Below are positions 1-10,455 of a DNA stretch of 64,000 bases, in pieces (positions within the stretch are counted from its first letter, which is position 1; each line of letters starts with the position of its first letter). Origin of the DNA: Patescibacteria group bacterium. Lineage in GTDB: Bacteria; Patescibacteriota; Patescibacteriia; Patescibacteriales; BS150m-G62. The notes beneath the pieces are model-generated. The model did not search any database. It saw only the letters and a program-made list of their open reading frames with translations, and was not told where the DNA came from. The DNA is taken from assembly GCA_016784175.1 (NCBI GenBank), contig JADHVC010000001.1, positions 5,567-69,566 of the forward strand. The letters run 5' to 3'. A program made the position numbers and the translations under genes.

Positions 1-3
1 AAA

Positions 4-537
4 TTACCTACTTGCAAAACGCCAATTATATAACTTAGTCGCCACCACATAATCATGATCCGCTCCCCGCTCACTCCACTTAACAGTAGATATAATTTCT
101 ACATACTCATTGTTGGAATTTATTTTTTCAATAATTCGCGAAAATAAAGTCGGGCTATTAGACGAAGAATCATGGGTATAAAAATTATCAACATCGATAT
201 ATAACTTTGAATTTTCATCATCAATACTACTAACCGGCTGAATATTATCTCTGCCACGATAATCAATTGCAAAAGCTTGATTAGCGTCCCCACCCTTACC
301 ATCTACAATATCTATCTTCCAGTCACTAGAATCAGGATCAAGCCAATTGTTATCACGTACATTTCGAACCAACTCAATACCCTCCTGGGCCAACTGAGCA
401 GCTACAATGCTATTCTTATTAATATCTTGCGCCTTTAAACTTTGGTGCAATAAAGACATAAGACCGAATAAGCCCATTGTTAATATATATATTGAAACTG
501 TTACTTCTATTAAACCAAAGCCTCTTTGATTATTCAT
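4..537 (-). CDS. Type IV minor pilin (PilV-like)
   Basis: Prepilin motif RGFGLIEV followed by a hydrophobic helix; lies in the pilus cluster. Confidence 0.85.
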   Translation of the reverse strand: MNNQRGFGLIEVTVSIYILTMGLFGLMSLLHQSLKAQDINKNSIVAAQLAQEGIELVRNVRDNNWLDPDSSDWKIDIVDGKGGDANQAFAIDYRGRDNIQPVSSIDDENSKLYIDVDNFYTHDSSSNSPTLFSRIIEKINSNNEYVEIISTVKWSERGADHDYVVATKLYNWRFASR

Positions 538-1091
538 TGTATTACATCAATTAAGCCAATAAAATTAATATTGATTTTTTTTATTGTATTGTTCACATCT
601 TCTGTTAGAGTCAGCTCCACAGTTTGACCATAATCTCCGTTTATATATGTCCGCGGATCTGGAGGAAGAAAAATAACATCCACAGGACTTGCGATAGTCA
701 CACCAGTAATCCTAACATTTCTCGGCAAATAGGTTGTAGAATACTCTTCACCTTCATCAAAGATATAGTTGCCATTTAAATCAGCAAAAACCTTATAACT
801 GTTATCATTATTCTCGTAGTCAAAATGAACTCCCCAATTACTAAGAGGTGTAACATAGTTAAACTTTTTTGTTCCCAAGCTATAATTTTGTGCAATGCGA
901 ATTTTAGAAGCCATCTCTTCAGCTGCTGAACTTAAGTCTACTCCGACTCCGCCTTTATTATAGTTCGTAAAATACATAGTACTCATAATTCCAATAATCG
1001 AAACACTAACTAACATCTCAACCAAAGTAAAACCAGCTTGCTTATTGCAAAACTTAATAAACAACAATTGTATTTTAGCTTTTTCTTTCAT
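534..1091 (-). CDS. Type IV minor pilin (FimT/GspH-like)
   Basis: AGFTLVEMLV class III signal peptide. Confidence 0.85.
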   Translation of the reverse strand: MKEKAKIQLLFIKFCNKQAGFTLVEMLVSVSIIGIMSTMYFTNYNKGGVGVDLSSAAEEMASKIRIAQNYSLGTKKFNYVTPLSNWGVHFDYENNDNSYKVFADLNGNYIFDEGEEYSTTYLPRNVRITGVTIASPVDVIFLPPDPRTYINGDYGQTVELTLTEDVNNTIKKININFIGLIDVIQ

Positions 1092-1122
1092 CTATTCTTA
1101 TAAACTTTATGCTCTTAAATCC

Positions 1123-2595
1123 TTAAGGACGCTTTTCCTGCCATAAAGGTAAACAAACACTAACATTTTCAACATTTGCTGAATTGTAACAATAATAGCC
1201 TTCATTATCAGTAACCTTCACAACCACATTCATGCTACCACCTTGTAAAAATTTAATTTCACTTGGCGCCATACTCATAGAAGTATTCGGTAAAGCCTGT
1301 TCAAAAGTCCACTCGTAATTACAAAAAGTATCATTACAAGTATGTTGATTGTCACCAGTTTCCGTTTTGTAATACTTTGTATTATCCGTAAAATACACAT
1401 TCTCACCAATATTCGGATATGTTGGCAACCAACTAAAGCTTGGATTTGGGAACTTATGATAATAAGTTGTAAATGTTAAATTTGGGTCAAAAGATTCTGC
1501 TAAATTTCCAGCTATATTATCTGTAACAACATGATTAAGTGCTGAGTCAGTATTAAATTGAAACCAATCTGATTCCTTTTCACGCTCATCCCAAACTTTT
1601 ATCCACCAATAATATGGCGTTCCATACTCCAACTCTGCCGTTGAACTCGCCCCACCATTTGCAAGAGCTGCCTTCAAATTAAACCTATTTGCAACCACTG
1701 TTGTCTGACAAGCAGATCCATCATATCCACCAGAGCATACCCCACCTGAATATGTACCTAAACATTTCCCTGTATCCAACACAGGAGAGCTAGTAGAATT
1801 TGTTGTATTTACAATAATTTGATAGGCCAATTCACAACCTCCAGCATCACGATCAGAAAAATCCCACTCTAAGAATGTTTGAAGCGAGCCATACCCAGAA
1901 CAGCCCTCTTCAAAACTCCAATTTGGAGCTGACAAATTTGCAAGCTCTGGTTTATTATTCACAAAATCACCAACTACTCTATAACCAATAATTAATGGGT
2001 TAGAACAGCCAGCTGGATCATCCTCGCAATTAAAACTTATCCATCCCACACCTACCTCTGAAGCAAGATCGCTATTCGTATTATTCCCATTCCAGCCATA
2101 TCCCCTAAAAAAACCAGTATCTGACTCCGCCCGAAGATTATACAAATCCGTTCCAGTACCACCATCGTGGTCAAATCTTATCCAACCAGAATCTCCAAGA
2201 CTCAATATCTTTGCCCAACCATACACCTTATTATCAATAAAATTATAACAAGCAGAACAGCTATTTTGATCATTACTATCACATGAACTTTCCTCAATAC
2301 ATCCATCAAAAAAACCAGCTGCTGAGCTATATCCATTCTCCTGAAAACTAATCCATCCCAAATTAGGCGACCAAGCATACCCCTCAAAATCACCAGTCAT
2401 TGGTTCCACATTCACTCCATAATTAACACTTCCACATGTAAAAGTATTAGTACAATTAAAACTTATCCAACCAAAATTACCTGCCCAAGCCCAACCATAA
2501 ACATTATCACTTGTATTAGCTTTAGCTACACTAAAACTAGCCAAAAACGTTAAAGCTAGTAAAAAAAATATTTTATTTATAAATAAAGTTTTCAT
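1123..2595 (-). CDS. Secreted Cys-rich protein with GWAW/GWISF repeats and C-terminal beta-sandwich (FN3/PKD-like) domains
   Basis: Signal peptide from MKTLF; repeated GWAW..GWISF motifs; YYWWIKVWD and VKVTDNEG segments; start chosen at the second Met. Confidence 0.6.
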   Translation of the reverse strand: MKTLFINKIFFLLALTFLASFSVAKANTSDNVYGWAWAGNFGWISFNCTNTFTCGSVNYGVNVEPMTGDFEGYAWSPNLGWISFQENGYSSAAGFFDGCIEESSCDSNDQNSCSACYNFIDNKVYGWAKILSLGDSGWIRFDHDGGTGTDLYNLRAESDTGFFRGYGWNGNNTNSDLASEVGVGWISFNCEDDPAGCSNPLIIGYRVVGDFVNNKPELANLSAPNWSFEEGCSGYGSLQTFLEWDFSDRDAGGCELAYQIIVNTTNSTSSPVLDTGKCLGTYSGGVCSGGYDGSACQTTVVANRFNLKAALANGGASSTAELEYGTPYYWWIKVWDEREKESDWFQFNTDSALNHVVTDNIAGNLAESFDPNLTFTTYYHKFPNPSFSWLPTYPNIGENVYFTDNTKYYKTETGDNQHTCNDTFCNYEWTFEQALPNTSMSMAPSEIKFLQGGSMNVVVKVTDNEGYYCYNSANVENVSVCLPLWQEKRP

Positions 2596-2599
2596 TGTT

Positions 2600-3382
2600 T
2601 TAATATAATAACCCAACATACCAATTTATAAGCTCTGAGCCCCAAAGCATCGTAATAACAGTGGAAAAAGTTAAAAAAACACCAAATGGAACCTCCGAGT
2701 CCATCTTCTTTTTTTTCATCGAGATTAAAGCAACCCCAATTATAGAACCAAGAATATACGAAATAAATAATGCCGCTAATATATTAGGCCAACCTAAGAT
2801 CATACCCATTAAAAATCCAAGCCTAATATCTCCACCCCCTATCCACCGACCACTAGAAACAATAAATTGAATTAAAAAGAAGCTCCCTCCAATTATAGCA
2901 GAAATTAACATACCCGACCAACTAGCTCCTGTTAGTAAGTTTAGCCCAAATATTAGAACAATAGCCGGCAAAGTCACTTTATCCAAAATTAAATAATATT
3001 TTAAGTCATAAATAAAAATCACCACCAATACAGCGATGATAAAAAAGTCACGGAATAGAGCAACAAACGCAACAGCATTATAATTTAAAAAGATATGATC
3101 ATGCCTTAACAAAAAGAACAGAACAAATAATGCCCCCGTAGCCAATTCGACCACAGGGTATTGCCAAGAAATAGATTTTTTACAATGTCGACATCTAGCT
3201 TTCAACCAAACATAACTTAAAACTGGCACATTGTCATACCAATCAATTTGAACCTTACATTTAGGGCACATTGATCTACCATCCACTCTCTTTTGCGCGT
3301 GCAATCGCCAAACAAAACAATTAATAAAACTTCCTATTGAAAGACCCAATATTAAAACTAACAGTATCGAAAATATAAGCAT
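2600..3382 (-). CDS. pilD: Prepilin peptidase / N-methyltransferase
   Basis: GSFIN, RSMCPKC and CRHC Zn motifs, IYDLKY and GGGDIRL aspartates, VPFGVFL. Confidence 0.95.
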   Translation of the reverse strand: MLIFSILLVLILGLSIGSFINCFVWRLHAQKRVDGRSMCPKCKVQIDWYDNVPVLSYVWLKARCRHCKKSISWQYPVVELATGALFVLFFLLRHDHIFLNYNAVAFVALFRDFFIIAVLVVIFIYDLKYYLILDKVTLPAIVLIFGLNLLTGASWSGMLISAIIGGSFFLIQFIVSSGRWIGGGDIRLGFLMGMILGWPNILAALFISYILGSIIGVALISMKKKKMDSEVPFGVFLTFSTVITMLWGSELINWYVGLLY

Positions 3383-3403
3383 ACTATAATCTTACTAAAA
3401 AAA

Positions 3404-4777
3404 TTACTTACTTCCAAGCCCTTCCATATCTCCACGACTCTCATTGCCAAAAGTAACTCCGACAATCAGTACAGAGATCGGCGTATAGGTTAAAATGTTA
3501 CGCACAATAGCAGTGTAATTCAATACTGCCCAATAAGAATTTGTGAACAAATAAACCGCAAAAAATAACAATATTACCAAAAATAGATAAGCCCATGCAA
3601 AAATTAGATTCTTATCGCACATTATCTTTTTGAAATATACTAAGAATATAATAAAAAATATATACCACCAAACATTAAAACTATTTGTCAAAAAATATGC
3701 TGGCAAAATATTCTGAAATATTTCATAATGCAAGCCAAGCTCACCACCCTCATTCATGATCCCTAAATCATACTTAAACTTAAAAATCTCCCATGGCAAT
3801 GCCATCAAAAATACCACAATAAAATATCTTAATAATAGTCGACATTTCAAATCCCCTAACCTAGACATTAACATTAACATTATAAATACCGCGAAAACGA
3901 ATATTATACTTTCCGATTTAACAAAAAAAGAAATGCCATAAAAAATCGCAGATAGATACAAAAAAATCATTCTCCTTCTTTGTTGCCACATTAAGAGAAA
4001 ACCAAATCCACAAAGAATATAATAACTCAAAATTAAATCAGCATAAGCATTAAAACCATGATAAAAAAATAAAGGCATCGAGCTTAAAAAAAATACCAAA
4101 ACTAGACTATAAAATAGACTAACAAAATTAATCAACAAGCAAGAAAGCACAATAAGAGTAGCCACATAATATCCAAAAAAAATAAAATTAATATATACAT
4201 CATTATACTCACCGATTACATCATGCATCCAAAACTGTACAATTGAAACTAGCCACGGATAATTAGGATGAGATCCTCCTCCTAAATATTCAAAACTATC
4301 ACTATCTGTAAGTTCGACTCCTTGTGAAGAATACAAAAGCTTAGCCCTAAAAGCCCACATAGTAACACTATCGTAGGTTGCGACTGGACGTGAAAATGCA
4401 TTAAACGCAACCATGCTGATTTGAATAAAAATAAATAGCAACATCAATGCCTCCTTCAATCGTATTCTTTCCAACAAATGTGCAATTTTTTTTGCAACAT
4501 ATATTTTCTCATTTCGCACAAATCCTCTTTGATACATATCAGCTAAAATAACATTCTCAATCAATACTAAAAGCCAAAACCAATAAACATCTAGGTTCAA
4601 TTTAAAAAGAAATATCCAAATAAAAATTTGGATTGTAATAAAATACACTCCCACTCCATACGCCAAAGCTAAACGAAACAACAAACTAAATTTATTCTCT
4701 CGCAGAAATATACCAACAAGAAAATACCCTGGCACAAAAATCGAAATAAAAAAAATGGCTAAATTAATAATTATCAT
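3404..4777 (-). CDS. Polytopic membrane glycosyltransferase (GT-C-like)
   Basis: Many TM helices, YDS..W and HPNYP loop motifs, YADL, KSES. Confidence 0.65.
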   Translation of the reverse strand: MIIINLAIFFISIFVPGYFLVGIFLRENKFSLLFRLALAYGVGVYFITIQIFIWIFLFKLNLDVYWFWLLVLIENVILADMYQRGFVRNEKIYVAKKIAHLLERIRLKEALMLLFIFIQISMVAFNAFSRPVATYDSVTMWAFRAKLLYSSQGVELTDSDSFEYLGGGSHPNYPWLVSIVQFWMHDVIGEYNDVYINFIFFGYYVATLIVLSCLLINFVSLFYSLVLVFFLSSMPLFFYHGFNAYADLILSYYILCGFGFLLMWQQRRRMIFLYLSAIFYGISFFVKSESIIFVFAVFIMLMLMSRLGDLKCRLLLRYFIVVFLMALPWEIFKFKYDLGIMNEGGELGLHYEIFQNILPAYFLTNSFNVWWYIFFIIFLVYFKKIMCDKNLIFAWAYLFLVILLFFAVYLFTNSYWAVLNYTAIVRNILTYTPISVLIVGVTFGNESRGDMEGLGSK

Positions 4778-6269
4778 ATCTTATTGCTAAAATATTATTA
4801 CTTGGTTTAAAAATACTCACTACCTTAAGATGATATTTAGAAACCAAGAAAGCATCCTCCGGTCTTAAATAGTAAACATCATAAATATTATCTGGGCCTT
4901 TTCTAGTTATAGGGTCAATATCAAACATTCCAAATTTATATCGATAAAAACTAAGTGATGGTGCCAAAATCCAAGTAGAGCCAATCATATGAATGTTTAC
5001 TCCACTCTCCTTTAGACGCGCTATCTTCTCAACCGCTTCACGAGAATTTGCATCATAACCCCATACAAAACTTGAATTATAATTTAATGAATTTAAAAAA
5101 TGAATATAACAAAAAAATATTACCACGATCCCAATAACATTAAAAATATTTTTAACTCTAGCACGACTAGCGATAATGACCATCCACACACCTAAAAATT
5201 GCAACATAAACAAAGGCAATAAGAATATGGCCGCCCGCTCAACTAAGTATCGCGTGCCAAAAAAAATATTTTGAGCCTCAATCCCAAGTAAAATAGAAAC
5301 AATAAGCAAAAGGATCAAACCGAATTCCCTTCTGACAACAAAATATTTACCACATTTCGCCAACACCAATACAATGCCAGTCACCAATTGCATTGATAAA
5401 AAAACCCATGCGATAATCTTAATAATATCGTCTCGATAATTAATACCATATAGTGTTGCTTCAATCAGACTATTAATAGTATCGCTCCATAAATTATTTA
5501 CTCCACCAAAATAAAATTCACCAGAACCATTCATCGCAACAACAGGAAAATAGTAAATTGTTAAAAGTAGTAGCAATGAAGGAACAATTGGAAGCACGAT
5601 TTCATCCCGCACATAGACAAATTTTTGCACAATACTCTTACCACTATTTCTCAGCACCCCAGCTTCAAAGAACAACACAACAACAATACTTCCCAAGTAT
5701 ACATTTAAAAATGCCAAGTTCGACAAGGTCGAGATTGTAAGGCAAGAAAAAACAATAAACAAATATTTTCTTTTTACGCGACCATCATTTAATCCCACCC
5801 ACTTTAAAAAATATATTAAGGCCCAAATAAATGTACCAATTGCCAATGAATACCCACGAGCAAGGGAAAAAAAATCTATAACAAATGGATTTACACTTAG
5901 CAAAACTACACTTGAAAATATTAAGAAATTTTCGTTAAAAAGTTTTTTAGAAATAACAAGCACGCCAGATAAATATAATAGAGCGCCAAATAATACTGGC
6001 ACTCTAGCCACAAACTCATTCAAACCGAATATGGTTGTCGTAAACTTTATCAATAAAGTATTTAGCAAGTGATGATTAGACAAAAGCGAACCCTGAAAAT
6101 ATAAAATATCGTAAAGTGAATTTTGCACATGATACATTACAGTAACTGCCTCATCATGAGTAACTGACAAAAAAACAGAACGCATTAGTGCATACAAAAA
6201 AATTGAAAAAAGAAATAGACTCAATAATGAATCCAAAATACTAACATTTTTTAAACTCTTATAAACCAT
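4764..6269 (-). CDS. GT-C (ArnT/PMT-like) membrane glycosyltransferase
   Basis: THDEA first-loop motif, NHHLLNT, EFVARVP, ARGYSL. Confidence 0.75.
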   Translation of the reverse strand: MVYKSLKNVSILDSLLSLFLFSIFLYALMRSVFLSVTHDEAVTVMYHVQNSLYDILYFQGSLLSNHHLLNTLLIKFTTTIFGLNEFVARVPVLFGALLYLSGVLVISKKLFNENFLIFSSVVLLSVNPFVIDFFSLARGYSLAIGTFIWALIYFLKWVGLNDGRVKRKYLFIVFSCLTISTLSNLAFLNVYLGSIVVVLFFEAGVLRNSGKSIVQKFVYVRDEIVLPIVPSLLLLLTIYYFPVVAMNGSGEFYFGGVNNLWSDTINSLIEATLYGINYRDDIIKIIAWVFLSMQLVTGIVLVLAKCGKYFVVRREFGLILLLIVSILLGIEAQNIFFGTRYLVERAAIFLLPLFMLQFLGVWMVIIASRARVKNIFNVIGIVVIFFCYIHFLNSLNYNSSFVWGYDANSREAVEKIARLKESGVNIHMIGSTWILAPSLSFYRYKFGMFDIDPITRKGPDNIYDVYYLRPEDAFLVSKYHLKVVSIFKPSNNILAIRYDNY

Positions 6270-6271
6270 AT

Positions 6272-6943
6272 TTAAAGCGCATTACTACTTCTCTTAAAAA
6301 CTTCCGCACCAGAGTGAAAAGCATCTATAGTTTTAAAACCTAAAAGCTTTTCATACCCTTCAGATATTTTTTTATATAGTGAACCTTCCCGAGAAAGATA
6401 GTCCACAGGATAATACAAAACAACATATTCTGCCTCCTCTAGATTACTAGCAAAATCAAAGCTTGGGTAAAGATTGTAAACTAAGTAGGCGTAATAATCA
6501 TGAGGAGCCAATACGTAGATTCGCGAATCTAGTGGCAAGGTCCTCTTAATAAATCTCACATAACTCATAAGAGCACACCACCTCTCTCCATTGCCATGAG
6601 TATATCCAAGGTTACAAAGCCTAACTACATTCTTATGATAGCTCTGCAAATTTCTATCCACATAATCATAATTATCACGCATATCATGCGCATTATTGTA
6701 TGAGAAAATCAAATAAAGCGGAAGCCAAAAAAACAAACACACATATAGAATTGATATATTAAAATTAGTCTTGAATATTTCTATTCTCTTTTTAAACAAA
6801 ACGATAGACAATACAACAATAAAAAGCAGGATACCAATAAATAATCCAACCTCCACCTTGCCAATATATACACCCGGTATCATATTAATAGTATAAAAAG
6901 CTTCCGCCTGATTCACGAAGAATTTATCGAACATTATAAACAA
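6272..6943 (-). CDS. Hypothetical membrane protein
   Basis: Two TM segments and a soluble C-terminus; operonic with the GT genes. Confidence 0.6.
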   Translation of the reverse strand: MFIMFDKFFVNQAEAFYTINMIPGVYIGKVEVGLFIGILLFIVVLSIVLFKKRIEIFKTNFNISILYVCLFFWLPLYLIFSYNNAHDMRDNYDYVDRNLQSYHKNVVRLCNLGYTHGNGERWCALMSYVRFIKRTLPLDSRIYVLAPHDYYAYLVYNLYPSFDFASNLEEAEYVVLYYPVDYLSREGSLYKKISEGYEKLLGFKTIDAFHSGAEVFKRSSNAL

Positions 6944-9362
6944 ACATATTATTAATTATATTCGGTTGCATGTCATATAATCCATTTAAATATTCAATAG
7001 TATTTCTTAATTGAACATGATAATAATACTCCGGATGAATTATAATATATTTGATATTCAACTTCTCAAAATTATCCAATGCGTCAACTTGAATATTTGA
7101 TATTTGGTTGTGAGGCATTGGTTCCTTAGGATTAATCAAATATGTCAGACCAACTAGCTGACTATAAAAACTATAATAATTATTCGGCACCCTAGAAATC
7201 CAAGCATTAATTAATTTTTTATGATGAATAGACTGATAATATTCAAGTTTAGAGGACACTGAAATATTTCCCAAAGTATAGAAGTTAGTACTTAGTGCAA
7301 ATGGCAACTCTAAGATCGAATAATCCGACTTATCCTGTGCCAATCTATAATAAAGACTTGGAATTTCTGCGTTCGATATTGGAATAGGAGCTAAAATATT
7401 TTCAAATAGAAATACACCGAAAAATAACAATGCTATACTTACCCTTATCACTTCACTCTTTATGCCACTTAATATAAATCTTAACCCAAATGCAGCTAAA
7501 ACAATCAAAGCTAAAATTACAAATATAATAAATCTAGCTGGCACTAAAATACCACTAATAAATGGAACTTTCATTGGCAATAAATATGGCAATGGCACAC
7601 TGAACTCATAATCAAACAAACTAAAAATAAATCCTTCCATATATAAATACGGACCCAACACAACCAATATATACGAAAATATAACAGTTACCCAAAAAGC
7701 GTATACCTTAATATTCTTCCTAAAAGAATTTAAAATCAAACCAACCAATGCAAGAAAGATCAAGGAATAACTCAAATATATCATAGAACCGTGAAAGCCA
7801 AGTGCTTTATAATAATCACCAACAATATCAGAAAATACAGTATGGTATTGCGAAGGCATAAAAAATGACCTGACATCTGGTGAATATAAACTAACTTGTG
7901 ACAAATTTGCTGAAGGATAAGCACCACTCAAGGCCGTTAATACAGATAAATAAATTAGTGGAGATGAAAGTATCAACCACACAACAATAAATATAATTAA
8001 TGATTTAATTTTTTGAAAATAGAATTGTCTCTCAACTATAAAATAGTAAACAATATATATCAGGGCAAATGCTAATAAACCCAACGTATAATAAAACTCA
8101 TTATATAAAGATACAGCTAAAATTATACTAGCAAAAACAGCATTTCTTACACGACTCTCGCTAAAAATTTTTAAAAAAAAGTAAATAAAAAAAGGAATAA
8201 CATAAACGCTAGTATATTGGAAATGTCCCCTTGCCTCACCCAAAACATATGAATTCAAAAAAAACATCAAACCACCGATAATTGCAACTAACTGATTTTT
8301 AACTAAATCCATAAGCAAAAAATACATTCCAAGGCCTGCAAGCACCAATGATCCCAAAAATATTATATTAAACGATATCACTGGCGAAATAACCAGTTGC
8401 AAAGGTATAGATATCAAGCCACTAAAAAATGTTAAGGTATGAAATACTAAATTAGTATCAAAGGGATAAGCTATAAAATTAACAAAATATGGATTTTGAC
8501 CCAAATCAATCAAAGCATACTTAACCCACCACTGGTTCCACAGAAACAAAAATGAATCGCCACCATCGCCAGGAATAGAAGTATCAACATTAATAATTAA
8601 GGGATATGTAGCGACTATTAATGTCAAAAAATATAAAAAAATTACCCAAGAAAGCTTTAGTTTTTTATTCTTTTTTTTTACTAATGTATTTCCTAAGCGA
8701 TGTTTAATTAAGGTTGCAATTGCAGTCAAGCCATCACGCCAACCAATCTTCTTACCCTCTTCAAAACTTCTACCATCATAATCAATTGGCAGCTCCATAA
8801 TCTCATGCCCAGCCAAAATAAATTTCGCAGTAATTTCCGGCTCAATATCAAAGCGATTAGCAACCAAATCAATATCATCTATAACACTTCTACTGAACAT
8901 TTTATAACAAGTTTCCATATCAGTTACCTTCTGGCCATACAAAAAACTTGTCAAAAAAGACAAGAACTTATTACCCACATAAGCCATAAAATACTGGGGC
9001 CTAAAACTCTTATTTAAAAACCTTGATCCATAAACAACCTTCACTTTTCCTAAAATAATTGGCTGAATCAGTTTTATAAAATCCTGGGGGTTATACTCCA
9101 AATCAGCATCTTGCACCACAACAATATCTCCACTTGCATTTTTAAAACCAGTTCTTATGGCAGCGCCTTTCCCACGATTCTTGTCTTGATAAATTATTCT
9201 ATACTTACCTTCTAACTTCGATAAAATATTTCGCGTCGAATCTGTCGAATAATCATCAACAATAATAATTTCTTTATTGATCGGCACCACCTCTACCCTT
9301 CTAATTATTTCTAAGAGGGTCTTCTCTTCATTGTAAACTGGGATTACAATACTTAATTTCAT
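6924..9362 (-). CDS. Fusion of a polyprenol-phosphate glycosyltransferase (DPM1-like GT2) and a GT-C-like membrane domain
   Basis: N-terminal IPVYNEE, DDYSTD, NRGKGAA, QDADLEY, DMETCYK, EGKKIGW; C-terminal ~580 aa polytopic domain (GDS..FLWNQWW, PARF, YYQSIH). Confidence 0.85.
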   Translation of the reverse strand: MKLSIVIPVYNEEKTLLEIIRRVEVVPINKEIIIVDDYSTDSTRNILSKLEGKYRIIYQDKNRGKGAAIRTGFKNASGDIVVVQDADLEYNPQDFIKLIQPIILGKVKVVYGSRFLNKSFRPQYFMAYVGNKFLSFLTSFLYGQKVTDMETCYKMFSRSVIDDIDLVANRFDIEPEITAKFILAGHEIMELPIDYDGRSFEEGKKIGWRDGLTAIATLIKHRLGNTLVKKKNKKLKLSWVIFLYFLTLIVATYPLIINVDTSIPGDGGDSFLFLWNQWWVKYALIDLGQNPYFVNFIAYPFDTNLVFHTLTFFSGLISIPLQLVISPVISFNIIFLGSLVLAGLGMYFLLMDLVKNQLVAIIGGLMFFLNSYVLGEARGHFQYTSVYVIPFFIYFFLKIFSESRVRNAVFASIILAVSLYNEFYYTLGLLAFALIYIVYYFIVERQFYFQKIKSLIIFIVVWLILSSPLIYLSVLTALSGAYPSANLSQVSLYSPDVRSFFMPSQYHTVFSDIVGDYYKALGFHGSMIYLSYSLIFLALVGLILNSFRKNIKVYAFWVTVIFSYILVVLGPYLYMEGFIFSLFDYEFSVPLPYLLPMKVPFISGILVPARFIIFVILALIVLAAFGLRFILSGIKSEVIRVSIALLFFGVFLFENILAPIPISNAEIPSLYYRLAQDKSDYSILELPFALSTNFYTLGNISVSSKLEYYQSIHHKKLINAWISRVPNNYYSFYSQLVGLTYLINPKEPMPHNQISNIQVDALDNFEKLNIKYIIIHPEYYYHVQLRNTIEYLNGLYDMQPNIINNMFVYNVR

Positions 9363-9570
9363 ATTTCCTTGACTACATTGAATTAATTAGCACAAAACTA
9401 TAAAACTTTAACAAAACTACATGATTATATCTTAATCTAAGAAGTAGCTTGATTATTTTCAATCTTACCTGGATTAGCTATATTTTACAAATAATATATT
9501 AACTTAACTCCAATTATGATAAAATAGAAAAAAGCTGACTATACTTTATTGTATTTTTAACAAAAAAATT

Positions 9571-10431
9571 ATGATCGAAATTCAAACCCTAAAAAAAAAG
9601 ATAGCTGGTGTAGTGATTATTTATAATCCGCCAAAAAGCTTAATATGCAATATTAATTCCTACATCAACTTTGTCGATACCTTAATTATAATTGACAACT
9701 CTCAACACAGGAATAAAGCAATAATTAATGAATTAAATCAAAATAGAAAAATCATTTACAATTTTAGCAATAAAAACATTGGAATAGCAAAGGCACTAAA
9801 CAAAGCAGCTAACATAGCAATACAAAAAAAATACAACTGGCTTCTTACAATGGATCAGGACAGTAAATTTAACCCAGGAGCACTTAACCTGATGCTTGAG
9901 TTTATACAAAAAAATAACACTGAAACTGTTGGGATAGTGGCACCCATACAAAAAAATAAACTTGAAAAATATCCAACTCACACTGCTGAGTATGAAGAAA
10001 TTCTAAGCAGCATGAACTCTGGAAACCTCATCAATCTAAATATATATAAAAAAACTGGACCATACCTCGAAAAATTATTTATAGATTATGTTGATCACGA
10101 ATATTGTCTAAAAATAAAATCTTATGGATACAAAATTATTCGAATCAATAATGCAATACTATACCACAACCTAGGTAACTTAAAAAAACATGCTTCTTTC
10201 TTAGTCACAAACCACAATGAACAAAGAAGATTTTTCATTACCTTAAATAGACTATACGTAATGAATAAATACAAAAAACAATTTCCGATTTTTTATAATA
10301 TCTGTCTACGCGCTTCAATAAGAGAGTTTGTCTTTATCATATTATTTGAAAATAGAAAATATCTTAAAATAAAAAATATTATAAAGGCAATTATCCATTA
10401 TAATAAAAATTTTAAACTTGATGCAAAATAA
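9571..10431 (+). CDS. GT2 glycosyltransferase (rhamnosyltransferase-like)
   Basis: IIYNP, IDNS, NIGIAKALN, LTMDQDS, FIDYVDHEYC. Confidence 0.85.
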   Translation: MIEIQTLKKKIAGVVIIYNPPKSLICNINSYINFVDTLIIIDNSQHRNKAIINELNQNRKIIYNFSNKNIGIAKALNKAANIAIQKKYNWLLTMDQDSKFNPGALNLMLEFIQKNNTETVGIVAPIQKNKLEKYPTHTAEYEEILSSMNSGNLINLNIYKKTGPYLEKLFIDYVDHEYCLKIKSYGYKIIRINNAILYHNLGNLKKHASFLVTNHNEQRRFFITLNRLYVMNKYKKQFPIFYNICLRASIREFVFIILFENRKYLKIKNIIKAIIHYNKNFKLDAK

Positions 10432-10455
10432 TGCACTCCAAAACTAAACACTCCG

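Noticed and set aside
9591-9599. A9 run at the start of the GT2 gene as a phase-variation tract
   Set aside because: Poly-A runs of this length are common in this AT-rich sequence
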